The notes under the pieces were generated by a model that saw only the letters and a list, made by a program, of their open reading frames with translations, did not search any database and was not told where the DNA came from. A DNA stretch of 64,000 bases from contig OX597827.1 in the NCBI GenBank assembly GCA_951406725.2, positions 84,678,435-84,742,434 on the forward strand. The letters run 5' to 3'. Source of the stretch: Octopus vulgaris. Its lineage: Eukaryota. Shown here in pieces: positions 12,052 through 25,879 of this stretch (position 1 is the first letter of the stretch; every line of letters begins with the position of its first letter). Position numbers and translations under genes: made by a program.

Positions 12052-13025
12052 AATATTCTTTTCTACCCTAGGCACAAGGCCCGAAATTTGGGGGAGGGGG
12101 CCAGTCAATTAGATCGACCACAGTACACAACTGGTGTTTAATTTGTCGACCCCGAAAGGATGAAAGGCAAAGTCGACCTCGGCGGAATTTGAACTCAGAA
12201 CGTACAGACAGACGAAATACCTATTTCTTTACTACCCAGAAAGGGGCTAAACACAGAGACCTCAAACAAGGACCGACAAACGGATTATCGACCCCAGTGC
12301 TTAACTGGTACTTATTTAATCGACCCTGAAAAGATGAAAGGCAAAGTCAACCTCGGCGGAATTTGAACTCAGAACGTAGCGACAGACGAAATACCTATTT
12401 CTTTATTACCCACAAGGGGCTAAACACAGAGGGGGCAAACAAGGACAGACATAGGTATTAAGTCGATTACATCGACCCCAGTGCGTAACTGGTACTTAAT
12501 TTATCGACCCCGAAAGGATGAAAGGCAAAGTCGACCTCGGCGGAATTTGAACTCAGAACGTAGCGGCAGACGAAATACCGCTAAGCAGTTCGTCCGGCGC
12601 GCTAACGTTTCTGCCAGCTTACCGCCTTTCGACAGACGAAATACCGCTAAGCAGTTCGTCCGGCGCGCTAACGTTTCTGCCAGCTCACCGCCTTTCGACA
12701 GACGAAATACCGCTAAGCAGTTCGTCCGGCGCGCTAACGTTTCTGCCAGCTCACCGCCTTTCGACAGACGAAATACCGCTAAGCAGTTCGTCCGGCGCGC
12801 TAACGTTTCTGCCAGCTCACCGCCTTTCGACAGACGAAATACCGCTAAGCAGTTCGTCCGGCGCGCTAACGTTTCTGCCAGCTCACCGCCTTTCGACAGA
12901 CGAAATACCGCTAAGCAGTTCGTCCGGCGCGCTAACGTTTCTGCCAGCTCACCGCCTTTCGACAGACGAAATACCGCTAAGCATTTCGCCCGGCGTCCTA
13001 ACGTTTCTTCCTGCTCGCCGCCTTA
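12052..13025 (-). mobile_element. Nested cluster of tRNA-derived SINEs (type 2): three bodies, seven heads
   Basis: Minus strand has A box TGGCAGAAACGTTAG and B box GAGTTCAAATTCC. The body GAGGTCGACTTTGCCTTTCATCCTTTCGGGGTCGA occurs three times (~12145-12200, ~12320-12375, ~12505-12560). Confidence 0.88.
12564..13025. repeat. 66-bp tandem repeat (7 units) of the SINE 5' head
   Basis: Unit GACAGACGAAATACCGCTAAGCAGTTCGTCCGGCGCGCTAACGTTTCTGCCAGCTCACCGCCTTTC; seen as 22-aa periodicity in ORF 12481-13026. Confidence 0.95.
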
Positions 13026-13559
13026 ACATATTGTAATATTAAATAATGATATATTCTTTATGCTTTACATATTGTTTATAATATTTTCTATAATTCTGCA
13101 TACTATATTCAACCCTCACAGTATATATATATATATATATATATTTCCAACATCCTATACAATATTATTGCCTTCCATCAGTTACTTCGCATAATTGGCT
13201 AAATTAGATCTCCTTTCCTGCTATTAGTTCATTTTAACGAGGATATATATAGGTGTGTGTATGTGTGAAAGAGAATGTTTGTGTGTGCATTTATACAGAC
13301 AGACAGACAGACAGACAGACAAACCGAGCATGGAGAATCTGGCACCTTCGATGATTACTGGATGCGTATCATATAACAAGTGATAGGAGCTAGTTACTTG
13401 TACACTTGCCATGAAGTAAAACCTCTTTGGGTCTAATTATTTGAAGTGTGAACGTGAGAGAACGAAGGGTAATGGTTGACATGGAGATATCTACCTATCT
13501 ATCTGTCTGTCTGTCTGTCTTTCTATACACACACAATTATGACAGATGAAGAGAGAGAT

Positions 13560-13609
<50 letters not shown>

Positions 13610-13971
13610 ACAGTGGTTATCGTGCTCGTTATTTCCATCCATTCTTAGAGAAGACAATACTATGGCCACATGTCTACTTCATTACCGATCCGATATAAAT
13701 CCCATTCTCTTGGGAAACCATTCAAACCACCGTGATATTCAAATGCAACCCCACTAATTCATTTGTTGATTATGAAGTGATATCGCCTTGTCAACCTATC
13801 GGTGTTTATTAAAATATTCATTACCGCTCCGATGACTTCTTGACCGTAAACCCTAGCTGGACATTGTCCACTTCTAAAATATATAAAGCTAATTTATTAT
13901 TAGTAAATGAGCCCAAATACAGCATTTATCAGTGGGTATGCTTAGTGCGTATATGTGTGCGTATGTACGTA

Positions 13972-14052
13972 TGTAATGTAATGTAATGTAATGTAATGTA
14001 ATGTAATGTAATGTAATGTAATGTAATGTAATGTAATGTAATGTAATGTAAT
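13972..14052. repeat. (TGTAA)n pentanucleotide microsatellite
   Basis: Directly visible. Confidence 0.95.
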
Positions 14053-15279
14053 GGATGGATGTATGTATGGATGGATGGATGGATGTATACACACTCACAC
14101 ATACACGTATGTTTACATTTCTACAGGTATACATACATGAAATACATGCATAAGCGCATATATACATACCTGCGCGCACACACATGCAAAGGTATCGAAT
14201 ATGAAGGAGAGGATAGATTTATTTGACCTTTAACAGTTGATTCTTCCAGTTTTATTCTCTGCCCTAAATGGAGACTGAACTTAACTATACGATATTGTTA
14301 CGGTGGTGTACAGCAATGGTTGGTGTGGCTCTGTGTATATGCGGGAGCGTATGCCGATGTTGTTTTGTGATGTGTGATGGACATTGGAAGCGACTGTTGT
14401 AGAGAATGAAGAGAGAGAGAGGAAATTAGTTACGCGAGAGGTATGGTCAGATCATAAATAAAGTAGAGGCTGCGTTTCTGTTGGCATCGGTGATTGTATA
14501 TAAATCAGAGGCGTTGCTATCTCTTGTCTGTGGGTAAAAGGTGTTGAGAAGCAACTTCTCCGGCCATTATCACTGGCTACAACCAATCAGACGGTAGAGA
14601 CTGATGGTCGTCTGCCTGCTTCCAATTATAGACGACGGCCTGGCATGCGAGCAGCTACTTTTCAATAGTTGTGTATTTATTGCTGACCATATTTTAAAGT
14701 GTATAATTACTTTGGTCTCACACACACACGTACATGTGTACACACATACATAAAGGAAGGATGAGATTGATGGTTAAGACTAGCGCTCCCTTTTCCTATA
14801 ATAAGCACATATAAATCTCCTCTTTTGTATAACTATGTTACAATCGAACAAGATTATTAACTGTTGTACACTTACACATATACCGGGGCACACACGCACA
14901 CAAACACACATGATAAACTCAGACAACTGCGAACCTATACAGACAGCCATGTAAAGCGGATACACTGTTAAAGGGAGAAGCTCAAACACAAGCCTGAAAA
15001 TATATGTATCATGCATACATGCACATATATACATATACTCGCTTACATACATACACACACATATACATGCATGCATACATACATACACGCACGTATATAC
15101 ATACTCGCACACACATACACCCATCTTGCACTCAATTCCGAAATCTCTAAAGCTAATAAAAACAACCATTGATAATAATGTTTTTCAGCATGTTGACACT
15201 CTTCCTCTGTCCGTCCGTCCGTCCGTCCGTCCGTCTGTCTGTCTCTCTCTCTCTCTCTCCCCCCTCTCTCCCTCTCCTC

Positions 15280-16460
15280 AACAACCGCTAATATGGTTTC
15301 CGTAAAGCCAGATCCACTGCTGACCAACTCCATTTAGTCACTCACCAGTGGACCTTTAAGTAATTTGTCAACGACAGCAAAGATTGTGTGGCAGGGAAAT
15401 CTGCTGTCGAAACTACCCGCCCACGGCCTTCACCCACCCATGGCCTTCACCCGCCCACGGCCTTCACCCGCCCACGGCCTTCACCCACCCATGGCCTTCA
15501 CCCGCCCACGGCCTTCACCCACCCCCGGCCTTCACCCGCCCACGGCCTTCACCCACCCACGGCCTTCACCCGCCCACGGCCTTCACCCACCCACGGCCTT
15601 CACCCGCCCACGGCCTTCACCCACCCACGGCCTTCACCCACACATGGCCTTCACCCGCCCACGGCCTTCACCCGCCCACGGCCTTCACCCACCCACGGCC
15701 TTCACCCGCCTACGGACTCACCCGCCTATGGACTCCACCATCCTGTGGATTCCATCCACCTGTGGGCTCCACCAACTTAAGGATTTCACCTACCTGTCGG
15801 CTCCTCCAGCCTATGGACCCTACCCTCATGTGGGCTTCAGCCACCTATGGACTCCAGCTACTTATAGGCTCCACCCACCTATCGGTTCCACCCGCCTGTG
15901 GGCTCCATCCACAATCGCCTAACAGATCACACACACTGGGACTTCTTTCTGCCCCATTATTCTATCGACCTCGATATGCCCAGGGTACGGTATTGTACCC
16001 CAGTCTTTTCCTTCTATACATCAATAACTTATTTACCCTTCGTCCAACAATGACCACTTTTACACAGACGATACAACTCTTCATTCTTCCCTAACATTCC
16101 CCAACTACGCATCAGTCACTCGCATCCTTAATCGAGACCCCAAACTGATTGCATGAGCAGATACCTCGAAAGCATCCTCCAATGTGGTTATGTCAATTTC
16201 GTCTTTTTTAATAGCAAGAAAACACAAGCGCTACTCATGCCAAGACAACATACTCGCACCATATCCCCACTTAATCATGGGCGGCACGTAACGACATCCA
16301 AATACTGGGCATCACTATCAGCGAGGATTTCCCCTGGTTAAAGCACATTCCTGACTTAACTAGAACTGTCTCCCCAAGGCTGACCCTTCTAATTCCAAAC
16401 AATTATTGATAATCTGCAAATCTCAGGCGAGACCTACAACAGACAATCGCTGGATAATGT
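15280..16460 (+). pseudogene. Highly decayed non-LTR reverse transcriptase remnant
   Basis: Scattered motifs YGFRKARSTADQL (~15292), AQGTVLYPSLFLLYINNL (~15980) and FNSKKTQALL (~16205), with many frameshifts. Confidence 0.65.
15418..15910. repeat. 17-bp C-rich minisatellite (CCCACGGCCTTCACCCR)n
   Basis: Near-identical units 15418-15710, increasingly diverged units to ~15910. Confidence 0.92.
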
Positions 16461-16852
16461 GCTGCTGCTGCTGCTACTGCTGCTGCTGCTGCTGCACGCA
16501 CAGACATCCACGACTAGAAAGGCCCCCACCCGCCGCCGAATATGTTACGGGAACCAAAATTAAAATGGTTTTTACGAAGAAACTATTGTTTGAATTGGTT
16601 GATCCAAACGTTCCCTCAATATGAAGTTGACATTTATTTTATAGATTCCAGGCGAAGACACTCTGGGGCAGGATTTCAAATCAGACCATAAAGGATATGA
16701 ATAAATCCACTCAAGCAGTTAATCCACAATTATTTTAAGCCGGATTTTCAAAAATCTGTAATTTTTAAAATCCGGAATTCCACCACTTCACTCCCTTCCC
16801 ATAAATGGGGGAACATTAATTCTGGAATGATTTATGGATGGTAAATATATGA

Positions 16853-16857
16853 ACACA

Positions 16858-16930
<73 letters not shown>

Positions 16931-16955
16931 ACACACACTCACACACACAAACACA
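16853..16955. repeat. (CA)n microsatellite
   Basis: Directly visible. Confidence 0.95.
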
Positions 16956-17799
16956 CCTATAGACGTATATATTTACATGCACATATAGAGACACTCATTT
17001 ACAGACACCCTGCTCCGGCACACAAAGACTGACACACAGACAGGGCCCCCCACCCCATCACGAACATACACTCGTACTTCAAAACGCAACACAAAACACG
17101 TATACACACACATTCGTACACGCGCGCGCACGTACGCACACAAAAGTGACAAACAGACAGGTAGGCAAGCAATGAGAGAAATGAGTAAAATATGCTAAAT
17201 TTGGAGAAGTTGTCATGGGTGGATGGGGTGCGGGATAGAAAATAATACAGAGGAAGAAAGAAAGGAAATAACAGAAAGAAGAGAGAGAGAGAGAAAGTAT
17301 AATGAAAGAAAGAAGTAATGAGAGTGATTGAGTTAAAAGGCTGCTAATGAGACTGGGGAAGCATGCTGGGAAATTGGTGGTGGGAATTCTCTCTGGCTGA
17401 CAAACAGTTCATTAACGATGACCCGCTAGCAGTTGGAAATGTTTACGTTGCTATAGCAAACATGGCTGTGACACATGCTCTACATTGTCTGTTCGCCATC
17501 TTGGCCGAGTTGCCAATGGATTCGGTTTGCACAGGCACAGGGTAAACTATCTGGAAGTGTTTATTTTCAATTTAAGGATGGCAGATGATTTAATAGGAAG
17601 AATTGTATGGCTGTGCCCGGCTCCAAACACTTCCTTTTTCTTTCGTTTGCACTGTTCGTACAGGGAATCACTGGCTTACACACGTATGTCAATGTAATCA
17701 GCCACCGAACATTGTTGACACGTCCACCGCCTCCTCTCTTTTAATGCTTTATCTACCACATAAGAAGTGTATGGAAAACAACAATTGCTGCTCTTTATT

Positions 17800-17934
<135 letters not shown>

Positions 17935-18715
17935 GTTGGTGATATCAGAACGCATTACTATTTTGTCTTTCTTCTAAAAAATGGTTTGCACAGAATGTTT
18001 TGTTTGTTGAATATAACAAATGAAAGGATAAGGCTTCTGTTCAATATCTTGTCACATGACGGAGCCATCTTGATATGAGAAGGTATTTAACTCTTCAAAC
18101 ACTTCAAACTTATACAGATACCCCCCCCACTGTCCCTCTTTCTCTCCAATATCTTCTCTAATATATCGAGGTATGTATTGGTGTTACTTTGTTACTCTGA
18201 TATGATAGGCTAAGTTTAGAGCGGTGGTTGTTATTAAAACCTTGATCGTGCAAACCTATAATTAAAGACGCTCTAACCATAACCAATCCGGGCTTTTTGT
18301 GGTATACCCAAAATAACATTGTCGAATGTGTCCTTCATTTAAGATAAGGTGAAAGTTGAGGAACATTTGGCTGCTATTTCTAGCATTGTAAGAGTATAGG
18401 GTGTTACCGTTAGTTCATCAGTGTTTAGAGTAAATGTGTCGGTTATTGGCGTAGGGTGTGGCATTTGACAGCCTGTTCGGCAGCCAAATTGGTTACCCCA
18501 ACTTCATCCGACTATAATAAACATACCAATATACAACGACTGTCCTATGTGAAGGGTTAATTGATATTTTAACAGTGATATTCGGACTGCCGGGTGTATC
18601 TTTACGAATGAATGTTTTCATGTGTGTCAGGGACCATTGTTTTGGCTCAATTTGAACACTTTCGCCAATCTCAACTTATTACCTTAAACAGATACCGAAA
18701 AATATATTGGGTACT

Positions 18716-18746
<31 letters not shown>

Positions 18747-19384
18747 TATACACACACACATATACACACACACATATACACACACACACACACGCACGCA
18801 CGCACGCACGCGTTCGTATTGCCATCCGTTTGACCTGATAGTTTTAATTCCCTGAATTACAATAACTACACTTTCCTCAAGCATTGATCTCTCTTTTATT
18901 TCACTCATTAAAATGCGTATTTAGATTAATACTTTCATTTATAGAACTCTTTTAGCTCTCAATGTCACTCGACAGATCACTCTGCCTCGATTTTTAATAT
19001 CCACGAATGGCAGGCTTTTGTGAGTGCAACTATTCTCACTTGTTTTCATTGAGTTGATTAAGTCTATTGAGACACTCGATTGAAGTTATTCAGCCAGTAC
19101 TGACCGGAACTTCTTAAATAAGCAAAATCTACTGGGGTCACGGCTTTCCCGCTTATAGACTCGATGCTGGCCAGCCATAGACATGAAATCAAATTTGGTT
19201 CGTGTTGTATTCAATGACTATATTTTGACATTCGAATGTCCTGAGAGAAAAATATTTTTGTGCCACCAGATTAGATTTATGATCGGCTCTTCAATTGATA
19301 TATATCAACTGGTTTTGCTTTAAAAATATACGAGTTGCACCCAAGTCTCAACCATTATTATTATTATTAAGGTGGCGAGCTGTC

Positions 19385-20815
19385 ATATATGGGGCTCCAT
19401 AGCCCACTCTAGCAAGGATTTAATATCGCTAGGGACATACCCTGTTATAGGAAGTTGGTCTGTGATTTTTTTGAGAAATTTTTCCAGAGAACTTTTGAAT
19501 TTTATTGGATCTGTTTCCGTTTTGACATATTTTGGTATGATCTGGACTGGTTGAGGTAAAGTAGTTGTGTCGTAATGTTGTTATGTGTCCTGTGTTCGAT
19601 TTTTCTAGTGGGCGGTTAGCACGGGGGCCAAGTTTTGGGTGGATTTTCAAATTGATGCCAACATCATTTGTGCAATATTGATGAAATATTTTCCACATCA
19701 CACAAATGATGTGGCGTTCACAGTGGCGTTGGAGAGAGAGAGAGAGAGAGAGAGCAGAGATTGAGTGTTTTTAGTCGACCCCAATAGTCAATGGCTGTCA
19801 TGCTGTCTATCTTGTTATTGACCTCTCGAGTGTTTCCACTTTCATAATGAGTTGCTTTGGGTGGGGAGACCACAGTAAGCAACAGTACTCTAGGTGGGGT
19901 CAGGCAAAAGTAGAGTAGAGAAGGATGATGGTGTGAACACCTCTAGACCAGAAAGTTCTCAGAATCTTGGAGCACATCTTGCGGGCCAAGTCAACCTTGC
20001 TGTTTACGTGGGAACTCCAGTTTAGATTGTTATCATCAATTACACCAAGGTCTCTGGTTTTACTGGATGACACTAGGGAGTCACCCGAGGGAAGGGCATA
20101 TGGTAGTTTCAGAGTATCCTCTTTTCCAAAATGGATCAAATTAGACTTATCTTCACTTAGAAGCATATTGTTCTTTTCCGCCCATTGGACAACAGTAAAC
20201 AGATCCGACTAAAGGCATGTTCGGTCACCCATACAGTTTATGGCCTTCTGGAGCTTAGATTCATCGGCAAAGATTTTCATTGTACAGTGTTTGATGACGT
20301 CTGTTATGTCGTTGATGTAGATAATGAAGAGAAGCTGGCCCAACATAGTGTCTTGTGGGACACCACTACTGACTTTGGCTGAGCTGGATCGTATTCCCTG
20401 AAACACACCATGTTGGTTCTGTTCGTGAGGAAACACTTTATCCACTGCAATAGCTTTCCACGAACTCCAATATTGGACAGCTTCTTCAGCAGGATTTTGT
20501 GGTCCACTCTGCCAAATGCCTTGCTGAAATCAAGGTATATGACATCGGTGTTGGAGCCCTCTCCCAACACTTTTAAGATGTCGTCAAAATGGCGCAGAAG
20601 CTGTGATAAGCAATCCCTGCATTCACGGAAACCATGGTGGTTGGGGTTCAGCAGATTGTTGCCTTCGAAGAAGTGGGTTACTCGCGATCTCACCACCCTC
20701 TCAAATACAAGAGATTTGTTCCCCTATTTGAAAACCGGAACGACAGACTGGGAAGGAAAATGATCAGGAATGTAGCCAGCCTCAAGTGATTTCCTCCAGA
20801 GCTCAGCTAGAGGGG
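19385..20815 (-). mobile_element. Decayed CR1/L2-group LINE (family D-like) RT region
   Basis: ORFs 20304-20696 (HGFREC, VIYLDFSKAF), 20209-20445 (GVPQDTMLG, FADESKL), 19900-20166 (RDLGV, ILRTF) and 19429-19701 (HPKLGPRA..TLRHNYF). Confidence 0.85.
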
Positions 20816-22508
20816 CGGGGTCAATATGATGTGGACAGATCTTCAGGACAGTGGCCGGGACCTATCGGGACCTACTGCCGAATTGTGCTTGATCTTATTT
20901 CTGTTAGGCTATCAGGAGCACTCAACCATTGCGGATAAACATACATGCTATAAACCCTTTTGGATGGATGTACCTGCTCTAAATAATATATACACCCACT
21001 GCTGTATTGTAGGTACTGCAACAGTATGAATAGGGAGATGTGGCTCGGCAGTTTGGTTCGCAGCTACGGAGTTTTGGGTTCGTTTGTAGTAAGGTTTTTG
21101 TTGAAAACTACGAGGAAGCCTGTTGAAGGGTCCGCTCTCATTCTGTTTTTGGGTGGTAGACTTAATCAGTTTGCTGGTTCAATACCACCACCACCACCAG
21201 GGTATTGGGTGCCTTTGGTGAAATCCACTCCGTTGCAAGCATTCGATGCCAGTCTTATGCGTGAGGATATCTTCCTCTCTTCTCACCTCCTCTCTCAGGC
21301 CCTGGAAAGGTTCATGGATTCGGATATTTCTTCTGGCATTGAAAAATTTGTTTCTATGAAATAAATACCAAATGTTCAAATAGGAGTGTCAAGTGTGTTT
21401 ACAAATAGTGTAAAAATGGGAAACAAAGAAATAATATACAAGTGGAAGCTGATCAAAATATCAAGAGTGTTGAACAGTTCTTGGCGTGATTTGAACCCCG
21501 TCAACAATGTATCCGACAGTCTGGTTTTGCATTATAGGCTTCGTCTGCCCTGACCTCTCCTTTGTCATAGTAAAAATTAAACCGCCATCAATAGCACACA
21601 ATAGATCAGCCGAGAGATGGCGCTAGAATCGTAAACAGAAACGCTGACGCTGACAAATATTAACATAGTGTCACCGGGAGACGGAGAAATATCCAGAAAT
21701 ACATTCTTTTAAAAGATTCCCTGCTTTTTTTTAATTTCGTTTTTTAGTTTACTCATAATTTGTTTCGTAGTAGTTGTTATAGCAATAGTAGTAGTAGTAG
21801 TAATAGTAGCAGTGGTAGTAATGCTAATCGTTCCTTGTCTCTTTTATCATTTCCACTTTTAAGGAGTTCATTTCATATACTTCTTTAGTTCGTTTTTAGG
21901 CAAAAATCATCATTATTATTTATATTGTTGTTGTTATTATAGTTGTTCTTGTTTGTTTTTTCCTTTCTTCTACAACTAAAGTTTTTTCAATGAATCACTA
22001 GCTTCATTCCAAATATATATTGGCATCTTTTTTTTTTTTTTATATACTTAACTGCTTCCATTCTTTCTTTTTTCTGCCCTTTTCCCTTTCTTTTCTTTCC
22101 TATACATTCTATATTGTTCGTCTTCTGACTTGCTGTAGATTTAGTTTCTGTTAGTTGCCGAACCCTGCAGTTTCTCTGTCCTCCATCCTCTCCAACACCC
22201 CTCCATATTAAGGCAACATTCAATGTTCCTTAACCAACCAAACACGCTCAGTTCATCACTTCTTGTCTGTCAAACACTTCACAATATTCTCACAGCAAAT
22301 ATTGCTCTCCCTCCCATTCTCACATCACTTCAACACCCAGCCACACAAACACACACACACACTCCCCCCTCTCTTTCTCTCACCTCTTTCTCTCTCTCTT
22401 TCCTCACTTCTTTCTCTCCTCGGCCTGATTTTCCATCCTTTTTCTTCACAATTTATATATTAAAAATGCAACAATTTGTGTATCTTTACAAATTTGTTGC
22501 TGTGCAAA

Positions 22509-22582
<74 letters not shown>

Positions 22583-22646
22583 GCTAGCTAGCTAGCTAGC
22601 TAGCTAGCTATTTATCTGTCTGTCTGTCTGTCTGCCTGCATGTCTG

Positions 22647-22701
<55 letters not shown>

Positions 22702-22775
22702 CTCGGTCTGTCTGTCTATCTATCTCTCGGTCTGTCTGTCTGTCTGTTTATCTATCTATCTATCTATCTATCTCT
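22509..22775. repeat. (TCTA)n/(TCTG)n/(TAGC)n compound tetranucleotide array
   Basis: Directly visible; left flank of the Tx1-like element. Confidence 0.95.
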
Positions 22776-25700
22776 CGGACTTAGATAAGGCACATAGGCA
22801 GGGTCCTGGTTACTGGAAGCTGAACGTGTCTTTCACGGCACGCCAGGCTTACAGGGACCGGATTAGCATATTAATAAAGAGATCTTTGGCGGGTGCCATA
22901 ATCAACAACAGATGGTGGTATGCCCTAAAGAAAGCAATTAAAGCAGAATCGGTTAGGTACAGTAAGGCCCTAGCATTATACCGAAATAGAATAGAGGGAG
23001 ACTTAGTTAAGAATTTAGAAGAGGCACTTAAAACTGGCATCGCATCCAACGTACTGGCAGCGAGGTTGGCCCTCGACCAACACCTCAACTCCAAACACGA
23101 AGGATGCGTTGTCAGAGCTAGGATGCGTGCTCTGAGGAACGAAGGAGTTGAAGCCGCCCGAGGGGCCCGAGTGGTGGAGACGCAACGAGGCAACAGAGCC
23201 ACCATCAGGTCATTTACATATGGACAGGGGCGCGAATTACTCGAGCCTGAAAGGATGTGTGAGGCTTTTAAGCAACACTTTACCCAACTGCTTGGGACAA
23301 GTGGTGGGTCAGAACGCAGAGTGGACTTTAGTGCCTACCTGCATGCCCTGCCACGACTCTCAGCAAGAGAGGTGGAGTGTTGTGAAAAAACCCATCACAG
23401 CCGCGGACGTACGGGATGCGATGGCAGGCTGCGCGAGAGACAAGTCACCAGGCTTGGATGGTCTGCCCTACGAACTTTATTATCATATGCCAGACTTGTT
23501 TAGAGGCGTCTTGGCAGCTGTCTACTGCAACTGGCAGCAAAACGGGAGTATCCCTGCCTTTGTAATGCAAGGAGCAGTGGCACTGCTAAAGAAAGATCCA
23601 AACAAGGGGGACGTCATAGATAATTTCAGGCCCATCACTGCTCAACGCAGATTTGAAAATTTTGGCCAAGGTGTTAGCCGAGAGGTTGGCGCTTGTCATC
23701 GAGAAACTAGTCGACAAGGGGCAAACGTGCGCCGTGTCGGGTAGGAGTAACCATGACAACCTCCATCATATGCGCTACATCATAGACAGGGTAGTTAAGG
23801 ATCCTGGTATGGGTGGGGCGCTGATCAATTTGGATCAATCAAAAGCCTTCGATAGGGTAGACCATCACTACTTGGAGGCTGTCTTTAAAGCGGCTGGTTT
23901 CTGTCCCATCTTCCGCGGTTGGATCGCTGCCTTATACTGCGGCATCCGCTCGGTAGTTCGCGTAAATGGTCATCTCTCCAGACCTTTTAACATCATGCGT
24001 TCGGTTCGTCAAGGATGCCTCCTCTCATCGCTTCTGTATGTATTGACTCTTGAGCCACTACTGCGGAAACTGGCGATGCTGAGGGGCATCCCACGAGAGC
24101 TGGGATGCGGGAGGAGCGTGTCTGCATACGCGGACGACGTCACCATCATAGTGTCGAGCTACAAGCACATCAACCTGGTCAGCGAGATACTAAAAGAATA
24201 CGAAGCGGTAACGGGAGCAAAAATTAACCGGGAAAAGTCAGTTGGCTTGCGGCTCGGCACCTGGAGAAGCAAGCCCATGCCGTCCAACAGCGTCCCCATC
24301 GTGGAACACTAGACCGACGGACCGGTTAAATAGCTCGGAGTCTGGTTCGGTCCGGACCTCCAAATGGAGAAGAACTGGGGCGAAATAACGACTAGGGTGG
24401 CCACTCTCACCCAGCAATGGGCTGAGAGGAAGTTATCCCTAAAAGGTCGGGCGGAGGTGGCGAACGCGTACATCGCATCCGTCATCGAGTACCGCCTGAC
24501 CGTCGTGCCTTGTCCCGACCCTACCATCACCAAACTGGAACGCATACTCTTCCGCTTCCTGTAGAAGGGTAGCGTTCCGATGGTTAGGCAATCCATTTGC
24601 TGTCAACACCCGCTAAATTAAGGGCTAGGCATGCCGTGGTTGATGATACGCAGACATGCGCTGAGACTGCGACATCTCCGGCGCTTCATAGACGATGGTG
24701 AACAGGTGTGGTCGCCTTTTGTGCGATGCACTTTCCCGAAGCTCCTCTCCTTGGCCGAACTACAATCGTGGATCAGAGACCGAGGCTAGGCGAATGGCAC
24801 CGCGAGTGTCGCGTTGCTCTCAAGCAACTCTGCCGTCCGGACCAAATTTATGCGATTTCATTACAACAAAGGCGTTCTATAGAGGATTAGTGGAGGGGAG
24901 GTGCGACGACGTTCTCGGGCAGAATCTGGGCGACGACGAGAGACACCTGATCCGCCTGTTCAGGACAACTTTCAGGCCGGGACCTGTGGACAATCACCAA
25001 AGATCTCTGGCCTGGCAGTGCTATCGAGAAGCATTACCTGTTCGGGATAAGCTCTACAGGCACGGTTCGAGACACATTGGACCGACTTGCTCGTCATGCG
25101 GTCAGAGCGACGAAACCGTTCTGCACGCACTCGTGCAGTGTCCATCCATTTCGGACCTGTGGGCTTATGCCTAACGGCTGCTGTCACGTGTGGGACGAGT
25201 CCGCCTGTCGACCGAGTCTATCGTGAAAATTGCACCGCATCCTTCCCTCAACCGGGAAGGCAAGGCAGTTTTTATCGTACTGGTGGCTATGGTGAAAGAA
25301 TGTGCGTGGTGGACTCGAGCGAAAGGATTAGAGACAAACACTTACCTCTCTGGCCAACGTCATCAACTTTTTCAAGTACCACTTGAAAAGGAAGGTGAGA
25401 ATGGAAAGGCAGGTTTTGTCTCGTGAAAGTTTCAAAAAAAGGTGGGTGAATGTAGCAAAGATGGTGCGTGCAAGTGACGAAACCACTTTGAGCATGAGTC
25501 TGTAAATCGTAAAAGAGAGAGAGAGAGAGCACATTGCTCTCATGTGTTTATTTCCTCCCTGTCTGAGGTTACCGTGGTCTTTTCTGTAGGCTTTTCTTTC
25601 CACGGATGAACCTAATTTTGTTTGTTACTTTGAAAAAAAAATTTCTTTCTGTGATACACGATCCCTTTTGATCGCTTTTTTTCCTTCCGATCCCTTTTGA

Positions 25701-25819
25701 TCAAAATTTTACATTTGTTTCCTTTTTTTCTTCTTTTTCCTTTTCCATCTCCGAAAAGAAAAGCTCTACATTTGTAATTGTCCCCTCTGTGTCCAGCCCT
25801 GTGTGGCCAATAAAGAAAG
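22776..25819 (+). mobile_element. Tx1/L1-clade LINE, 5'-truncated, disrupted ORF2
   Basis: GPGYWKLN, KSPGLDGLPYELY, LDQSKAFDRVDH, VRQGC, AYADDVT and C-terminal CCHC (CSSCGQSDETVLHALVQC). T-rich 3' UTR ends in AATAAAGAAA. Confidence 0.92.
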
Positions 25820-25822
25820 TTA

Positions 25823-25879
<57 letters not shown>

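Noticed and set aside
12500-12630. tRNA gene
   Set aside because: A/B boxes are present but continue into a SINE body; no complete cloverleaf.
12481-13026. 66-bp repeat as a CRISPR array or repeat protein
   Set aside because: Units are contiguous with no unique spacers, there are no cas genes, the context is eukaryotic, and the unit is a SINE head.
14296-14690. Possible solo LTR (TG..CA, TATA, AATAAA)
   Set aside because: No TSD, signal order is inconsistent, and there is no second copy in the window.
15365-16094. Pro/His-rich ORFs
   Set aside because: Open in all three frames because of the 17-bp minisatellite.
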